Assembly: GCA_044449065.1 (NCBI GenBank)
Contig: JBIOHP010000003.1
Coordinates: 2,019-66,018 of the forward strand
Reading direction: 5' to 3'
From: Bacteroidota bacterium
GTDB lineage: Bacteria > Bacteroidota > Ignavibacteria > UBA10030 > SZUA-254
DNA: 64,000 nucleotides
The notes beneath the pieces were generated by a model that had not been told where the DNA came from, did no database searches, and saw only the letters and a list, made by a program, of their open reading frames with translations. Positions 1-10,522 of the stretch are shown here, in pieces. Numbering within the stretch: the stretch's first letter is position 1; every line of letters starts with the position of its first letter. A program made the position numbers and the translations under genes.

Positions 1-79
1 TATGGAGCGATGTTCCATAGAACATGAAACAAAAAACAAGAATAAAGAACCTCGAAATACACTGATGCGTTTTCATATG

Positions 80-1711
80 TTATTCCTTCGGTTTGTATTC
101 AAGAATTTCCAATAATGCGGCGTGCGCTTTTTCTGTTCCGATTTGTCCGAGCGCGTTCACGGCAGCGCTGCGTAATTTTTTATTCGATCCTTTCTTCGCG
201 ACCTCGGCAAGAGCTGGAACGGCGTCATCATTCCCTGAATTACCCAGCGTGTAGATCGCGGTAATTTGCAGCTCGGGGTCTTTTTCTTCCCGAACGATCT
301 TCACCAACGCATTGACAGACGCTTTCTTGTCCGCGTTCGCGATCTGGTAAATCGCCTGTTTCCGGACTTCGGGTAATGAAGATGATTGCGCTATCTTCAG
401 CATTAACTCCGGATCATCGCCGCCGGGGCAACTGTTTAACGCATACACGGCAGTTTTTGCTAACCTTTCATCGGTGCTCGACATTGCCGTCGCGACGAGA
501 AATTCTTTCGCCGATTCTTTACCGACATTTCCTAAGGTGTATAGCGCGGCTTCCTTCGCTTCATTCCCTTTGGCATTCTTGACGATTTCTTCCAACGCGG
601 AGACAACCTGCTTGCCATCGATATTACCCATTGCATACGTCGCTGCTTTTTGCATTTCCTTGTCGGGATCATTTAATGCGATATCTTTCAAAACGGAAAC
701 GGCTACTGTATCGCCGCGGTTGCCAAGGGTATACATTGCGGCTTTCCGTATCTCCACCGATTTTGCTTCTTTAAGAATACGCTTGAGCTCGCGTGATGCT
801 CCTTCACCTTCGGCGTTGCCAAGTGAATACGTCGCTGCTTTGGCAAGTTCATCGTCGGTTCCCATTCTCCCAATTTCACCGAGGAATGGAACGATCTCCT
901 TCGAATCAGCATTGGCAAGGGTATAGAGCGCTGCTTTGCGGACTTCCATGTCGGCATTCGATTTCACAATTTGTTGCAAGGAGGAGATAACTTGTTTTCC
1001 TCCCTGGTTTCCCATCGCATAGATGGCGTCTTTACGGACCTTGGAACTGGCATCAGTTAACGCGATTTCATCGAGCTTTTTCGCCGCATTGGGCGATTCG
1101 ATGTTCCCAAGCGCAAACACAATCTTGCTCCGCATTTTTTCACTCTGCGTATGATCATAGAGGTCAATAATCGCCGCGTACGCCTGCTCGCTTCCCATAT
1201 TTCCCAGAGCGTTGAGCGCAGCGATTTTGAGGTCTTCATCGTCTTCATTCTCAATGCCTTTTAAGCTGGCTTCGTATTCCGGCTTGCCTTTTTTCGATAA
1301 ATCATAGGCGATCTTTATCATGTTGGATTTGGCGTCATCGACCCACTTGCTTTTCGGATATTGCGCGATGAACGTCTTGTAACATTCGAAGACCGATGCT
1401 TGATTCCCGCCTAACTTATCGCCGGTATAACATCGCCAGTAATGAGCGGCATCCGCATTCTTGCTTTTCGGATAACTCTTGATGTATTCATCGAACGCCG
1501 CTTGCGCCTCGGTCCATTTTTCATCGAGAATGTATCCATACGCTTTCGAATACGCCTCTGCTGATGGATCCGATTTTTTACCGGCGTCTTTCTTTGTCGA
1601 ACTTTTTTGTGCATTCGTAATAGTTATACAGAGCGCGATAAGTATAACGAGTTCAGCTATAGTCCTGATTCTGATATTGTTATTTCGTTTTTGTGTTTGG
1701 AATATGTTCAT
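80..1711 (-). CDS. Secreted HEAT-repeat protein with N-terminal TPR/BamD-like domain
   Basis: Signal peptide, a YPKSK..DDA TPR-like segment, then many 'AAxYALGN' HEAT repeats. Start moved to ATG 1711 because AGGAG lies just upstream; the ORF-track start at 1741 is TTG. Confidence 0.85.
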   Translation of the reverse strand: MNIFQTQKRNNNIRIRTIAELVILIALCITITNAQKSSTKKDAGKKSDPSAEAYSKAYGYILDEKWTEAQAAFDEYIKSYPKSKNADAAHYWRCYTGDKLGGNQASVFECYKTFIAQYPKSKWVDDAKSNMIKIAYDLSKKGKPEYEASLKGIENEDDEDLKIAALNALGNMGSEQAYAAIIDLYDHTQSEKMRSKIVFALGNIESPNAAKKLDEIALTDASSKVRKDAIYAMGNQGGKQVISSLQQIVKSNADMEVRKAALYTLANADSKEIVPFLGEIGRMGTDDELAKAATYSLGNAEGEGASRELKRILKEAKSVEIRKAAMYTLGNRGDTVAVSVLKDIALNDPDKEMQKAATYAMGNIDGKQVVSALEEIVKNAKGNEAKEAALYTLGNVGKESAKEFLVATAMSSTDERLAKTAVYALNSCPGGDDPELMLKIAQSSSLPEVRKQAIYQIANADKKASVNALVKIVREEKDPELQITAIYTLGNSGNDDAVPALAEVAKKGSNKKLRSAAVNALGQIGTEKAHAALLEILEYKPKE

Positions 1712-1737
1712 TTTATGATCTCCTGTTCTCATCCAAT

Positions 1738-2571
1738 TCAAGATTTTTGATCGTTCTTTGCGGGCCGATCATGTCCCGGTATCCGGGTTCCAAGCGCACG
1801 GATTTGTTCTAAATTAATTTTCAGTAAAATTGATTTCTTATCAACGCCCTCTTTCACAAGCTCGACAAGGGGAACGCCGGTCTCATTGCTGTAGTTTGCT
1901 AATTGCATCAGGACAACCTCCAGGTCGCCGATGAGCTGCCTGACCTGTTCCTGGGATGGTTTTTTCAGCGCGGTCTTAAGATAGTTCGCCTGTTGAATCA
2001 GCTCGCGGGAGATTTTCTGCTGCCGGTCATAATTTGTCGGAGCCGGTTCCTCTGTCGGTGAATTGATGACGCCAAGGAGCACTACTCTCGACCGGTCGAG
2101 ATAGTCGTTCACCTTACGGTCGATGGCGGTATCGGCGGCACTATTGGTGTTTTTGTTCACTTCGGCATTTCCGCTATACGTTGGTTGGTTCTGGTTGTAG
2201 GGTCCTTTTGTAAAAATTGTCCTTCCGAGGTACACACCGAGAGCTAATATAATCATGGCAGCGATGCCGTATGCCCATGCCGGTAGGGGACGGAAGAAAA
2301 TTATCTTTCCGTCGGTGGGTGCCGTATGAACATCTTCCTTCTTCTGTGCGATCTTCGGTTTAAGAGTTTGCCAGTAGTCTGCCATGAATTTTTCATCCGG
2401 CTCGATTTGAGTCCGCGTATTCATCAATCGCAATGTCCGGACCATCTTATCGTATGCCGAAGCACATGCTGCGCACGCGGCGAGATGATTCTCGAACGCG
2501 GAGCGGTCTCCAGTATTCAATTCCTTGTAGTACGCTTCCACAAATAAATTTTTACATTCCCGACAGTTCAT
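1738..2571 (-). CDS. Zinc-finger (zf-HC2) anti-sigma factor
   Basis: N-terminal MNC...HLAACAAC (HxxxCxxC) and one TM helix; overlaps the sigma factor stop. Confidence 0.85.
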   Translation of the reverse strand: MNCRECKNLFVEAYYKELNTGDRSAFENHLAACAACASAYDKMVRTLRLMNTRTQIEPDEKFMADYWQTLKPKIAQKKEDVHTAPTDGKIIFFRPLPAWAYGIAAMIILALGVYLGRTIFTKGPYNQNQPTYSGNAEVNKNTNSAADTAIDRKVNDYLDRSRVVLLGVINSPTEEPAPTNYDRQQKISRELIQQANYLKTALKKPSQEQVRQLIGDLEVVLMQLANYSNETGVPLVELVKEGVDKKSILLKINLEQIRALGTRIPGHDRPAKNDQKS

Positions 2572-3158
2572 AATTGTTCATCCATTCCGAGTTCTTTGCG
2601 ATAAAACGAAAGCTCTTGTTGTAAATGTTGTATTGCCCTGAAGAGATACGATTTAACCGTACCCTCAGCGATTTCTAATGTTTGGGCAATTTGTTTCAAT
2701 GAAAAATCGTGATAGTGGCGAAGGACGAAAACCGACCGCTCTTGCCGTGAAAGCGTATTCAACGCCGATTCGATGTGTTGTTGAATCATGCTCGATTCCG
2801 CTTTCCGGTCAGGAGTGATGGGATTGTGAGAATGAGCCGATCCTGTCGGCGGCTCGTTATTTTCACTATCATAGGGAATTTCCGCCGATCGACTTGAAGT
2901 TGATCTGCCATGATCCATGCACGTATTTACGGTTATCCGGTACAGCCATGTATTCCATTTTGCATCTCCACGAAAATTTATAAGTGAACGGTACGCTTTG
3001 ACAAAGACATCCTGCGACAGATCTTCCGCATCGTGGCGGTTGCCTGTCAGATTGTAAGCAAGCCCGAACACCATACGTTTGGATCCTTCGACGAGCTCAC
3101 GGAATGCTTGCATATCGCCGCGCTTTGCGCGATCGATCAGCAGTTGTTCTTCCAGCAC
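2568..3158 (-). CDS. ECF RNA polymerase sigma factor
   Basis: Region 2 (DAEDLSQDVF, WLYRITVNTCMD) and region 4 (IAQTLEIAEGTVKSYLFRA). Confidence 0.95.
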   Translation of the reverse strand: MLEEQLLIDRAKRGDMQAFRELVEGSKRMVFGLAYNLTGNRHDAEDLSQDVFVKAYRSLINFRGDAKWNTWLYRITVNTCMDHGRSTSSRSAEIPYDSENNEPPTGSAHSHNPITPDRKAESSMIQQHIESALNTLSRQERSVFVLRHYHDFSLKQIAQTLEIAEGTVKSYLFRAIQHLQQELSFYRKELGMDEQL

Positions 3159-3182
3159 TTCATATCCATTTCTACTTCATAA

Positions 3183-3209
3183 GACGGGATTCCGGAATAA
3201 AAGGTTTAC
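3183..3209 (-). promoter_or_regulatory. Putative ECF-type autoregulatory promoter
   Basis: Minus strand reads GTAAAC-N17-CGTC, matching the AAC/CGT ECF consensus, 25 nt upstream of the sigma factor start. Confidence 0.6.
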
Positions 3210-3435
3210 GTGAATATACGGGTATTTTGGGAGATTATTGGGTTAATTTACTCTCGAAATGAATCGAAAATGGCTTGACTCTCAGAGTGCGTTTCGCTAA
3301 TTTTCGGTGCCGTTATCAAGGCGGTGATTTCCTTCTTGGAAAAGGGGGAAACATATTTTTTCTGATATTGGTTAAATATTAACCGGCGGAAATAAAACCT
3401 ATGGATTTCAGAAACGTATCTAATACCGATAAAAC

Positions 3436-4653
3436 ATGAATACTCAGTCAGTAACTCCGAAACGTCTCGCTCTCTTTTTCGACGGGACATGGAATGAACC
3501 CGAGAACAACACAAATGTGTGGCGCTCGAAGCTGATGCTTGCGGACCGGAGCGGTGACGGTTTGATTCAGAAAGCGTTCTATGACGAGGGCGTCGGCACT
3601 CATTGGTGGGATGCACTCACAGGGGGAGCGTTTGGCGCGGGATTATCCGCCAACATCCGGCAGGGGTATCGCTGGTTGATGGAGAATTATGATCCCGGCG
3701 ATGAAATATTTGTCTTTGGATTCAGCCGGGGCGCTTTTACCGCCCGTAGTCTCGTGGGCTTAATTGCAAAATGCGGTTTGTTGAAACCCGAAGCGCCGAT
3801 GTCGTTCGCGCAGGCGTTTGACCGGTACAAGAAGGGAAAAGATGCCCTGCCGATCTACACCTTGAAATATCTGGAGAACATGGGAGAGCAGAAGTTTAGT
3901 TTTGAAGAGGAAGTCCTCCTCAAACATTCATACTATCACCGCGATCTGATAAAATTGGTCGGCGTGTGGGATACTGTCGGATCGATCGGTGTTCCATTCG
4001 GCGACATTAAAGGAATCAGCAGCAGGACGCTGCAATTCCACGATACGCATCTCAGCAAAGTTGCGCAGCATTCGTATCAGGCGCTCGCGCTCGATGAATT
4101 TCGCAAGCCGTACTGGGCGATTCTCTGGACAAGGTTTATCCCCGACATACCTGATCCGGTACGTCAATCGTTGGAAGAGAACAGATTCGTGGAACAACGC
4201 TGGTTTTCCGGATCGCATTGCAATATCGGCGGCGGCTACAGGGATGATTTGATGATGCAGCGTCCCTTGGCGTGGATACAGGGGAAGGCGAACGGATGCG
4301 GATTAGCGTTTCGAAGCGAGATAACGTTGGATGAGGAAGACCTTACGTATCTGCCCCGCGATTCATATTCAGAATTTCTGTGGGGGTTATGGAAGATGCT
4401 GACGTTAGAGCGCCGCTACGTGAGATGGGTGCAACCGGAACCGGTGAAAAAGGAAAAGGGTATGGTTCGCACAGTAAATGAAAGAATTGATAAATCCGTT
4501 TTTGAGCGGTGCAAAATGCTCGCGGAATACCGACCGGCGAGTTTACAAGAATGGTCGAAACGGAAGGGCATTGATCTTGAATCTGTCATCCAAAACCCCG
4601 ATGAGTTTCCTGCATTATGGTCGCCTGTCGCCACAATAGGACTTGATAAATAG
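3436..4653 (+). CDS. DUF2235 / Tle1-like alpha/beta hydrolase
   Basis: Motifs FFDGTWN, GFSRGA, GVWDTVGS, HxxALDE-like QALALDEFR and WFSGSHCNIGGG. Confidence 0.9.
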   Translation: MNTQSVTPKRLALFFDGTWNEPENNTNVWRSKLMLADRSGDGLIQKAFYDEGVGTHWWDALTGGAFGAGLSANIRQGYRWLMENYDPGDEIFVFGFSRGAFTARSLVGLIAKCGLLKPEAPMSFAQAFDRYKKGKDALPIYTLKYLENMGEQKFSFEEEVLLKHSYYHRDLIKLVGVWDTVGSIGVPFGDIKGISSRTLQFHDTHLSKVAQHSYQALALDEFRKPYWAILWTRFIPDIPDPVRQSLEENRFVEQRWFSGSHCNIGGGYRDDLMMQRPLAWIQGKANGCGLAFRSEITLDEEDLTYLPRDSYSEFLWGLWKMLTLERRYVRWVQPEPVKKEKGMVRTVNERIDKSVFERCKMLAEYRPASLQEWSKRKGIDLESVIQNPDEFPALWSPVATIGLDK

Positions 4654-4906
4654 AATTGCTGCCTTTATATTGATCTGAAGCGAAAGGGGCGGCTGTTACT
4701 GCCTTACTCCTTATCCCTATCCTAAAATTTCACCAATAACATTTTCCGCATCTGCGAAAAATATTTTGGTGGATCGCTTTTGGTTAGGCGAATTAATTGA
4801 AATATGGCAGGAAGAGCAGCATGCCAGCAGTGTTGTTGCCCTCTTCGTGCGGTGATACATCACCCCGGTCTCCTCTGACCACGAGGGGACCGGGATGAAC
4901 AATAAA

Positions 4907-5371
4907 TTATTTCAGGATTGCTCCTTCACCCTGGATCGTAATAACTGTTTTGGGACCTGTAACGCTGGTGCTATCGAATGCCTTGCCGGTTTCTTCCGCT
5001 TCGTGTTTTTTAACCGTCATGAGGTCCTCTTTGGAGAGGTCCGCGATGGTGATTTTCCCCTGCGCTTTTGCTATTTTACCTTTGGAATCTTTCGGGAAGA
5101 CAATTACTCCGTCTTCGACCTTGAATTTGATAGATTCGCCGCCCTCTTTTTCAGCGATATTAATCCAGCATCCCATTTTTTGGCAGACGTCGGTGACCGT
5201 GCCCTCGATCATCACACGTTTGCCGTCATACTTTTTTGGATCGCTGAGAATCGAGGAGATGGATGTCGCTTTTTTTACGGTTATCTTTTTGCCGTACTTC
5301 TTACCTTCGGCTGCAAAGAGGAGAGTGGCAGCGAACAGGAGTATCAAGATAAAGAAAAATTTAGTTTTCAT
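4907..5371 (-). CDS. DUF4920 family OB-fold secreted protein
   Basis: Signal peptide and motif GTVTDVCQKMGCW...FPKD. Confidence 0.8.
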   Translation of the reverse strand: MKTKFFFILILLFAATLLFAAEGKKYGKKITVKKATSISSILSDPKKYDGKRVMIEGTVTDVCQKMGCWINIAEKEGGESIKFKVEDGVIVFPKDSKGKIAKAQGKITIADLSKEDLMTVKKHEAEETGKAFDSTSVTGPKTVITIQGEGAILK

Positions 5372-5498
5372 TGTAGATATCCCTATAGTGTTGAGTGATT
5401 AAGATGAATTACGATGATTGGTCCAACGAACAATTTTAATATACTTAATTTTGTTGAGAATATCATGATTCACGGTTACTCACGATTTTATCTAAAAA

Positions 5499-5536
5499 CA
5501 AAAAGCCCGAACTATCATTGTTTAGCCCGGGCTGTT
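5499..5536 (-). terminator. Possible intrinsic terminator after the SnoaL gene
   Basis: AGCCCG...CGGGCT stem followed by a T-run on the minus strand; the loop is long. Confidence 0.4.
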
Positions 5537-5557
5537 AAGAATTAATTTCTGAAGTGT

Positions 5558-6163
5558 TTACTTCGCTAATCCGATCTGTCTCATATACGTTTGGTTATCC
5601 CAGAATAACGATTCCTCGATCATCACGCCGTTTTTCCAATGCCCGATTGTGCACATCGGCATATTGAATGCCTTGCCCGTCGGCGGAATGAATTTTCCGT
5701 TCCCAATCGGCATTGGCTTTGTGAATGTTCCTTCAAAGACTCCCGTTACGCAGGTCCATTCGCCGGTGTTGCTGCCGAAGCGTATGGGATGTTGTTTAAT
5801 CCGTGTATCGGGTGCGTAGACAAACATCGCTTTCAAATCTTCAATATGTTTTTCGATGCCATTGGTATGGTGTCCATCGGGCCAGTTGACGACAATATCC
5901 TGCGCATGACTTTCATGGAGGCGGACCCATTCCTGGTTGCTGAAGACGGTGTAATCGAGCGTATCGAATGTCTCCAGATTTTTTTCGAGTGTTGCGTTTC
6001 CCTCAGCCATGGTTTTGAGCACGGTCTCCATCGAATCTATTTTCGCCTGCATCTCGGGAGAAGTTCCCTTACCGCCGCCTGAACAGGAAGTTAAAAAAAA
6101 TGATAGTACTCCAAGCGAGAGCGTTAAAATTATTCCAAGATACTTAACTTTTAAATTTTTCAT
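5558..6163 (-). CDS. SnoaL-like ester cyclase family lipoprotein
   Basis: Lipobox-like FLTSC, plus GTFTKPM...IPPTGK and EESLFWD. Start set at ATG 6163 after AAGGAG. Confidence 0.8.
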   Translation of the reverse strand: MKNLKVKYLGIILTLSLGVLSFFLTSCSGGGKGTSPEMQAKIDSMETVLKTMAEGNATLEKNLETFDTLDYTVFSNQEWVRLHESHAQDIVVNWPDGHHTNGIEKHIEDLKAMFVYAPDTRIKQHPIRFGSNTGEWTCVTGVFEGTFTKPMPIGNGKFIPPTGKAFNMPMCTIGHWKNGVMIEESLFWDNQTYMRQIGLAK

Positions 6164-6227
6164 AGTAAATCTCCTTCCGTTTTGTGTGATATTCATTTAA
6201 TCTATATCGATACTCTCCCGGATGATC

Positions 6228-6773
6228 TTACGCCGCTTTCGTTTGCTGTTGTGCCTTAACAAATTCAGCCAAAATTTCTATTTTCACTTCGTTGCTCACG
6301 ACTACGCCGCCTGTTTCCGTCAGAGCGCTCCATTGCAAACCGAAGTCAAACCGATTCAGTTTGGCGCGGATTTCAAACCCGGCGACCTGACTTCCGCCGA
6401 ATCCGCTCACTGTTCCGTTGTTGATAACATCGAGCGTGATTTCTTTCGTAACGCCCCGCATGGTGAGTTTGCCGGTAACCTGCAATTCGTAATCAGAGGT
6501 AGGTTTTACCGATGTTGAAACAAACGACATCTTCGGATAGTTTCCTGCGTCGAAGAAATCGGGTGATTTCAAATGCCCATCGCGCTGTTCGTTGTTCGTG
6601 TTAATGCTGTTGACGTCCGCTTCGAAGGTAATCTTTGCATCGCCGAAATCGTTCTTCTCGGATTCGATCGTCGCTTCAAATGTGTTGAAATGTCCTGTTA
6701 CGGCCGAGACCACAAGGTGTTTCACTTTGAAGTTAATTTCTGAGTGTACCGGATCAATTTTCCAGAGTGCCAT
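6228..6773 (-). CDS. YceI family polyisoprenoid-binding protein
   Basis: WKIDPVHSEINFKVKHL, RDGHLKSPDFFD, NRFDFGLQW. Confidence 0.95.
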   Translation of the reverse strand: MALWKIDPVHSEINFKVKHLVVSAVTGHFNTFEATIESEKNDFGDAKITFEADVNSINTNNEQRDGHLKSPDFFDAGNYPKMSFVSTSVKPTSDYELQVTGKLTMRGVTKEITLDVINNGTVSGFGGSQVAGFEIRAKLNRFDFGLQWSALTETGGVVVSNEVKIEILAEFVKAQQQTKAA

Positions 6774-6855
6774 GGTATATTTCCTTTCGTTCTATTGTTG
6801 GTTGAGTTTCAATTAATAACACTACTAATATACCACAACAGGGCGTCCCTGCGCA

Positions 6856-6892
6856 TTCACACAGGGTAAGAAATAGCGTTAACATACGGTAA
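6856..6892. promoter_or_regulatory. Two putative Crp/Fnr-family operator sites upstream of yceI
   Basis: TTCAC-ACAG-GGTAA (6856-6869) and TTAAC-ATAC-GGTAA (6879-6892): similar imperfect 14-bp palindromes between the Crp/Fnr gene and its downstream operon. Confidence 0.5.
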
Positions 6893-6901
6893 CGCCGGGG
6901 A

Positions 6902-7483
6902 TCAGTGTTTCCGGGAAAGTTCTTTCCGGATGCGGCTTAAGGATTGCGGTGTGACGCCGAGATACGATGCAATTTGGTTCTGGGGCACCTGTTCAACCAG
7001 GGAAGGATAGGTCTTGATGAATCCAAGATAGCGTTCTTCGGCAGATGCGCTCAGCGATTCATTGATGCGTTTGCGCATGGCGACGAAATGCGCTTCGATG
7101 AGTATACGGAAAAATCGCTCCATTTTTGGGACTGCCTCGAACATGTGATCCCGATTATCTTTCGTCAGCATCAATATGTCGGAGTCTTCTAATGCATCGG
7201 CATTATGTGCCGATATTGATCCGCTTAGGAAACTGTTAATATCTGAAATCCACCAATCGGCAATTGCGAATTCGAGGATGTGCTCATCTCCCTTATGGTC
7301 TATGCTATACTCGCGCAGGCAGCCGGAGTTAACGAATGACAGATGCTTGCAAACATCGCCCTCCTGAAGAAGGAATTGCCGTTTCCTGACCTTCTTTGGT
7401 ATAAAAAAATTGGTGCAGAGAGTAAACTCATCTCCGCTCAGGTGGATTCTTTTTTCTATATGTTTGCGCAGCAAATCGAACAT
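6902..7483 (-). CDS. Crp/Fnr family transcriptional regulator
   Basis: cNMP-binding domain (LLQEGDVC..FVNSGCLR) and HTH IASYLGVTPQSLSRIR. Confidence 0.95.
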   Translation of the reverse strand: MFDLLRKHIEKRIHLSGDEFTLCTNFFIPKKVRKRQFLLQEGDVCKHLSFVNSGCLREYSIDHKGDEHILEFAIADWWISDINSFLSGSISAHNADALEDSDILMLTKDNRDHMFEAVPKMERFFRILIEAHFVAMRKRINESLSASAEERYLGFIKTYPSLVEQVPQNQIASYLGVTPQSLSRIRKELSRKH

Positions 7484-7745
7484 GACTTCTCAGTAGCAAA
7501 TATACAAATCTTCTCGACAGCATACCATTTCATATCCATGTCCACCTTCGCCGTTTTTTTGGTTTTCGACGTAAGCCCTTAAGATCTCAATGCTTACGAA
7601 TAGTACAAGCTTTTCATAATATTTTTATATCATCATTCAACTTGTAACCGGCAAATATTATTACAGACGAGATTATCCTTAATCGTGGACCTTATACGCA
7701 TCTTGAAGATAAAGGATGAGGAATAGTACTTTTTTCCCGGCGGAC

Positions 7746-7800
7746 TTGACAAATTACCCGGCTGTTTGTATATTATACATACAAGTACGTTAATACATAC
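7746..7800 (+). promoter_or_regulatory. Sigma-70 promoter with ATACATAC direct repeats (likely AbrB-family operator)
   Basis: TTGACA-N17-TATATT (7746-7774), then ATACATAC at 7775-7782 and 7793-7800. Confidence 0.6.
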
Positions 7801-7822
7801 TTATCATATTTAGGACATAACG

Positions 7823-8065
7823 ATGAAATTACATAAAGATCAGCACTTTTTCGGTTCTGTGAAGGTCGGGGAACGGGGGCAAATTATCATTCCCAAAGAA
7901 GCCCGTGATATTTTCGGGATTAACCCGGGAGACAACCTGTTTATTCTCGGCGATAAGAAAAAAGGACTGGCTATAGTCAAAGCAGATTCGTTTAACGGTT
8001 TTTTAATGAAAATGTTCAAGCATCATTTCCCTCATTCAGGGAGCCACCAGGAAGATACCGAATAG
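7823..8065 (+). CDS. AbrB/MazE/SpoVT family DNA-binding protein
   Basis: VKVGERGQIIIPKEARDIFGINPGD. Confidence 0.9.
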   Translation: MKLHKDQHFFGSVKVGERGQIIIPKEARDIFGINPGDNLFILGDKKKGLAIVKADSFNGFLMKMFKHHFPHSGSHQEDTE

Positions 8066-8074
8066 GAAAAACAC

Positions 8075-8533
8075 ATGAAAATTAAAATTATTACAATCAG
8101 ACCGCCGCGCCTGGCAATGATGTATTTGCTTCTGGCGCTCGTAATTTACTTTTTATCTCCGGCAGGAACATTATTGCACATTCCATCCATCGTTTTAGCG
8201 ATCATTATCTTTGTTGCAGGATTCATGGTTATGATGTGGGCTTGGGGACTGTTTCAAAAAGAAAAAACGGAGGTTTGCCCGCTTTCAGAAGCGAATAAAA
8301 CATTGATAACCCGTGGACCGTACAGTTTCAGCAGAAATCCGCAGTACTTAGGGATGGTTTTCATGCTCGCCGGCGTCGCGTTTCTATTCGGAAGCGTGCC
8401 GATGTTTTTAGCTCCGGTTGCTTTCTTTATAACCATCAATAACGTTTTTATTCCGTACGAAGAATCTAAAATGCTGAAGCAATATGGGAATAAATTTGAA
8501 GCGTACCGAACTAAAGTGCGAATGTGGCTTTAA
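8075..8533 (+). CDS. Isoprenylcysteine carboxyl methyltransferase / PEMT family membrane protein
   Basis: TM helices; GPYSFSRNPQYLG; EE...YG..F..Y...VRMWL. Confidence 0.9.
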   Translation: MKIKIITIRPPRLAMMYLLLALVIYFLSPAGTLLHIPSIVLAIIIFVAGFMVMMWAWGLFQKEKTEVCPLSEANKTLITRGPYSFSRNPQYLGMVFMLAGVAFLFGSVPMFLAPVAFFITINNVFIPYEESKMLKQYGNKFEAYRTKVRMWL

Positions 8534-9365
8534 AGGGAACAACAAAGCCACAAAATCGAATAAATCAATGTTCTTGGTTTCTGCCGCTGGCAACAATTCC
8601 CCCTAAATGTTGCTTTCGTTGTGATTGAAAAAGAAATTTGAAACCCTCGGTTGATGATGGGAGCTCATTACCGCTCTAAATCAAACCTGCTGAACGAAAT
8701 TGCGGGAATTGTGATGCCGCTCAAATATAATTTCATAATAATTTGGTAATCAATTCTCAACAGTTCTATAATATTTGATGTGCATATTGCTTACCATGCA
8801 ATATGCATAACGACCAGTCCAATTCAAATTGGCTCGCTTGTTGTTCGGATGTCTTTTATCGGGGGAAAAGGAGCATTCGCCTTCTTCATCTTCCGGGCGG
8901 GCGAAGTTTGCGGGGAATTAATCTATTATCGCGCAAATACGGGACATTTGTCGGGATCCCTAAAAGTTTATCCATCCTTCCTTGTGATAAATCCTTCAGA
9001 ACGAAATGTTTTGCGTGCGGTCAGAAAGGATGATAAAATTAAAAAGATTTAAAAGGAGTGAATTTAATGTATTAGAACACTCGAACCGGAAGAATGTATT
9101 GGATCGCCCCGTTCGTCATAGAAATGCAACTTTTACCATTTATCGACTTCTTTAAAATATCATCAAAAATCGCATTTGTTCGCGGAATCCATAGACATGG
9201 ATTATACGTGTGAAGATATTAAACTGACAACGTTATTGGTTGTCAAAACTATAATGAAACATTTTGGATTGATCGGGATTGATGAAAAACGTCTGATAGC
9301 GGTAATTTCTAGTATTAGGCAATCCCTGTATGAGCAAATGATTAGAGAATGTGCTATAATGATAG

Positions 9366-10502
9366 GTGAATGAAATGAAACTAGAGAAGATTAACCGCGG
9401 AGAACTCAAACTCTTAGGAGAGATTCCTCTTTTATTTAAACTACGGTTAAAGAAGATTTTTGGCAAAAAAGCGCAGAGTGATGGGGGAATTCTTGCTATT
9501 GACGTCTGCATCATCGGTGATTTTGTCGGGACGCTCCCCGCATTAAGAACCTTTATTGAGAATCAGGGGGAGGAGGTCGATCTGGTCGTTATCCCGCCGC
9601 TTAAATCTCTTGCCCAATCGATTAGAGGAGTGAGGAAAGTTTTTACGGCAAAATCAATGTATCAGAGAACCAATGAAAACTACGAGAAGCTTGAGTCGAT
9701 GCCTGCAAATTACAGCCAGGTCATGGTTCTGCGAATAAGCCCTGAAACTTACCAAAGACTGAACAGCATAAAATATTCGAAAATCGAAATCTATGATATT
9801 CCGTATTTCAAATATTGCGGTCATCTTGTAAAAACCATCATGCTACGAAAAGAATTCAAACAGTGGAGCGAGGTCAACTTCGAGATGGTGGGAATCAAAA
9901 AACCCGATAGAAAAATAGGATTTGATGATATCTTCAGCTTCAGCGAGTCTGATTACGCGCGGGTTGGCGAACTGCCGGAAATGGACGGAACGAGTAAAAA
10001 AATCATAATTCATACCGGTTCCGGATGGAACGTGAAGTTGTGGGACAACGACAAATGGATTGAATTGATACGGAAGATAAATACTCTTGGCGATTTTAAG
10101 TTTATTCTGATCGGAGCGAGCGACCTGGAAGAGAAGTCTTTCAATTACATCCAGAACCATCTTGATTTCAAAATATTTTCCTTGATAAATAGAGTCGACT
10201 TGAAGACAATCCTGCTTGTAATGAGGTACAGCGACTATTTTATCGGGATCGACAGCGGGCCCAGAAATTTGGCTCACCTCGCAGACCTAAGAAGCATAAC
10301 TATGCTGGGTCCGGCGCCAAAGAATTTTATGCCTATGAACAAGAACGACATCGTCATAGACAAATTCACCTGCAAGTGCAAAAGCTTATACTACCTTCAC
10401 AAAGAAAGCGCAATGCAAAAAATATCCGCGGAGGAAGTCTTCGAGGGATTTATGCGGCTTTCAAAAACCGATCGACCCCATTTAGTGTACCAGCTGGGAT
10501 AG
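9366..10502 (+). CDS. Glycosyltransferase family 9 (heptosyltransferase-like)
   Basis: IGDFV..LPAL, HTGSGW..KLW, FIGIDSGPRNLA. Confidence 0.85.
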   Translation: MNEMKLEKINRGELKLLGEIPLLFKLRLKKIFGKKAQSDGGILAIDVCIIGDFVGTLPALRTFIENQGEEVDLVVIPPLKSLAQSIRGVRKVFTAKSMYQRTNENYEKLESMPANYSQVMVLRISPETYQRLNSIKYSKIEIYDIPYFKYCGHLVKTIMLRKEFKQWSEVNFEMVGIKKPDRKIGFDDIFSFSESDYARVGELPEMDGTSKKIIIHTGSGWNVKLWDNDKWIELIRKINTLGDFKFILIGASDLEEKSFNYIQNHLDFKIFSLINRVDLKTILLVMRYSDYFIGIDSGPRNLAHLADLRSITMLGPAPKNFMPMNKNDIVIDKFTCKCKSLYYLHKESAMQKISAEEVFEGFMRLSKTDRPHLVYQLG

Positions 10503-10522
10503 CGAAACCCCGCATCACAGCG

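Noticed and set aside
3436-4653. T6SS Tle1 effector-immunity pair
   Set aside because: No vgrG, PAAR or adjacent immunity gene; orphan DUF2235 proteins are common.
7823-8533. MazE-type toxin-antitoxin module
   Set aside because: The downstream gene is a membrane methyltransferase-family protein, not a toxin.
8780-9373. ORFs 8780-9052, 8803-9033 and 9176-9373 as genes
   Set aside because: No recognisable family, weak starts and mutually overlapping frames.
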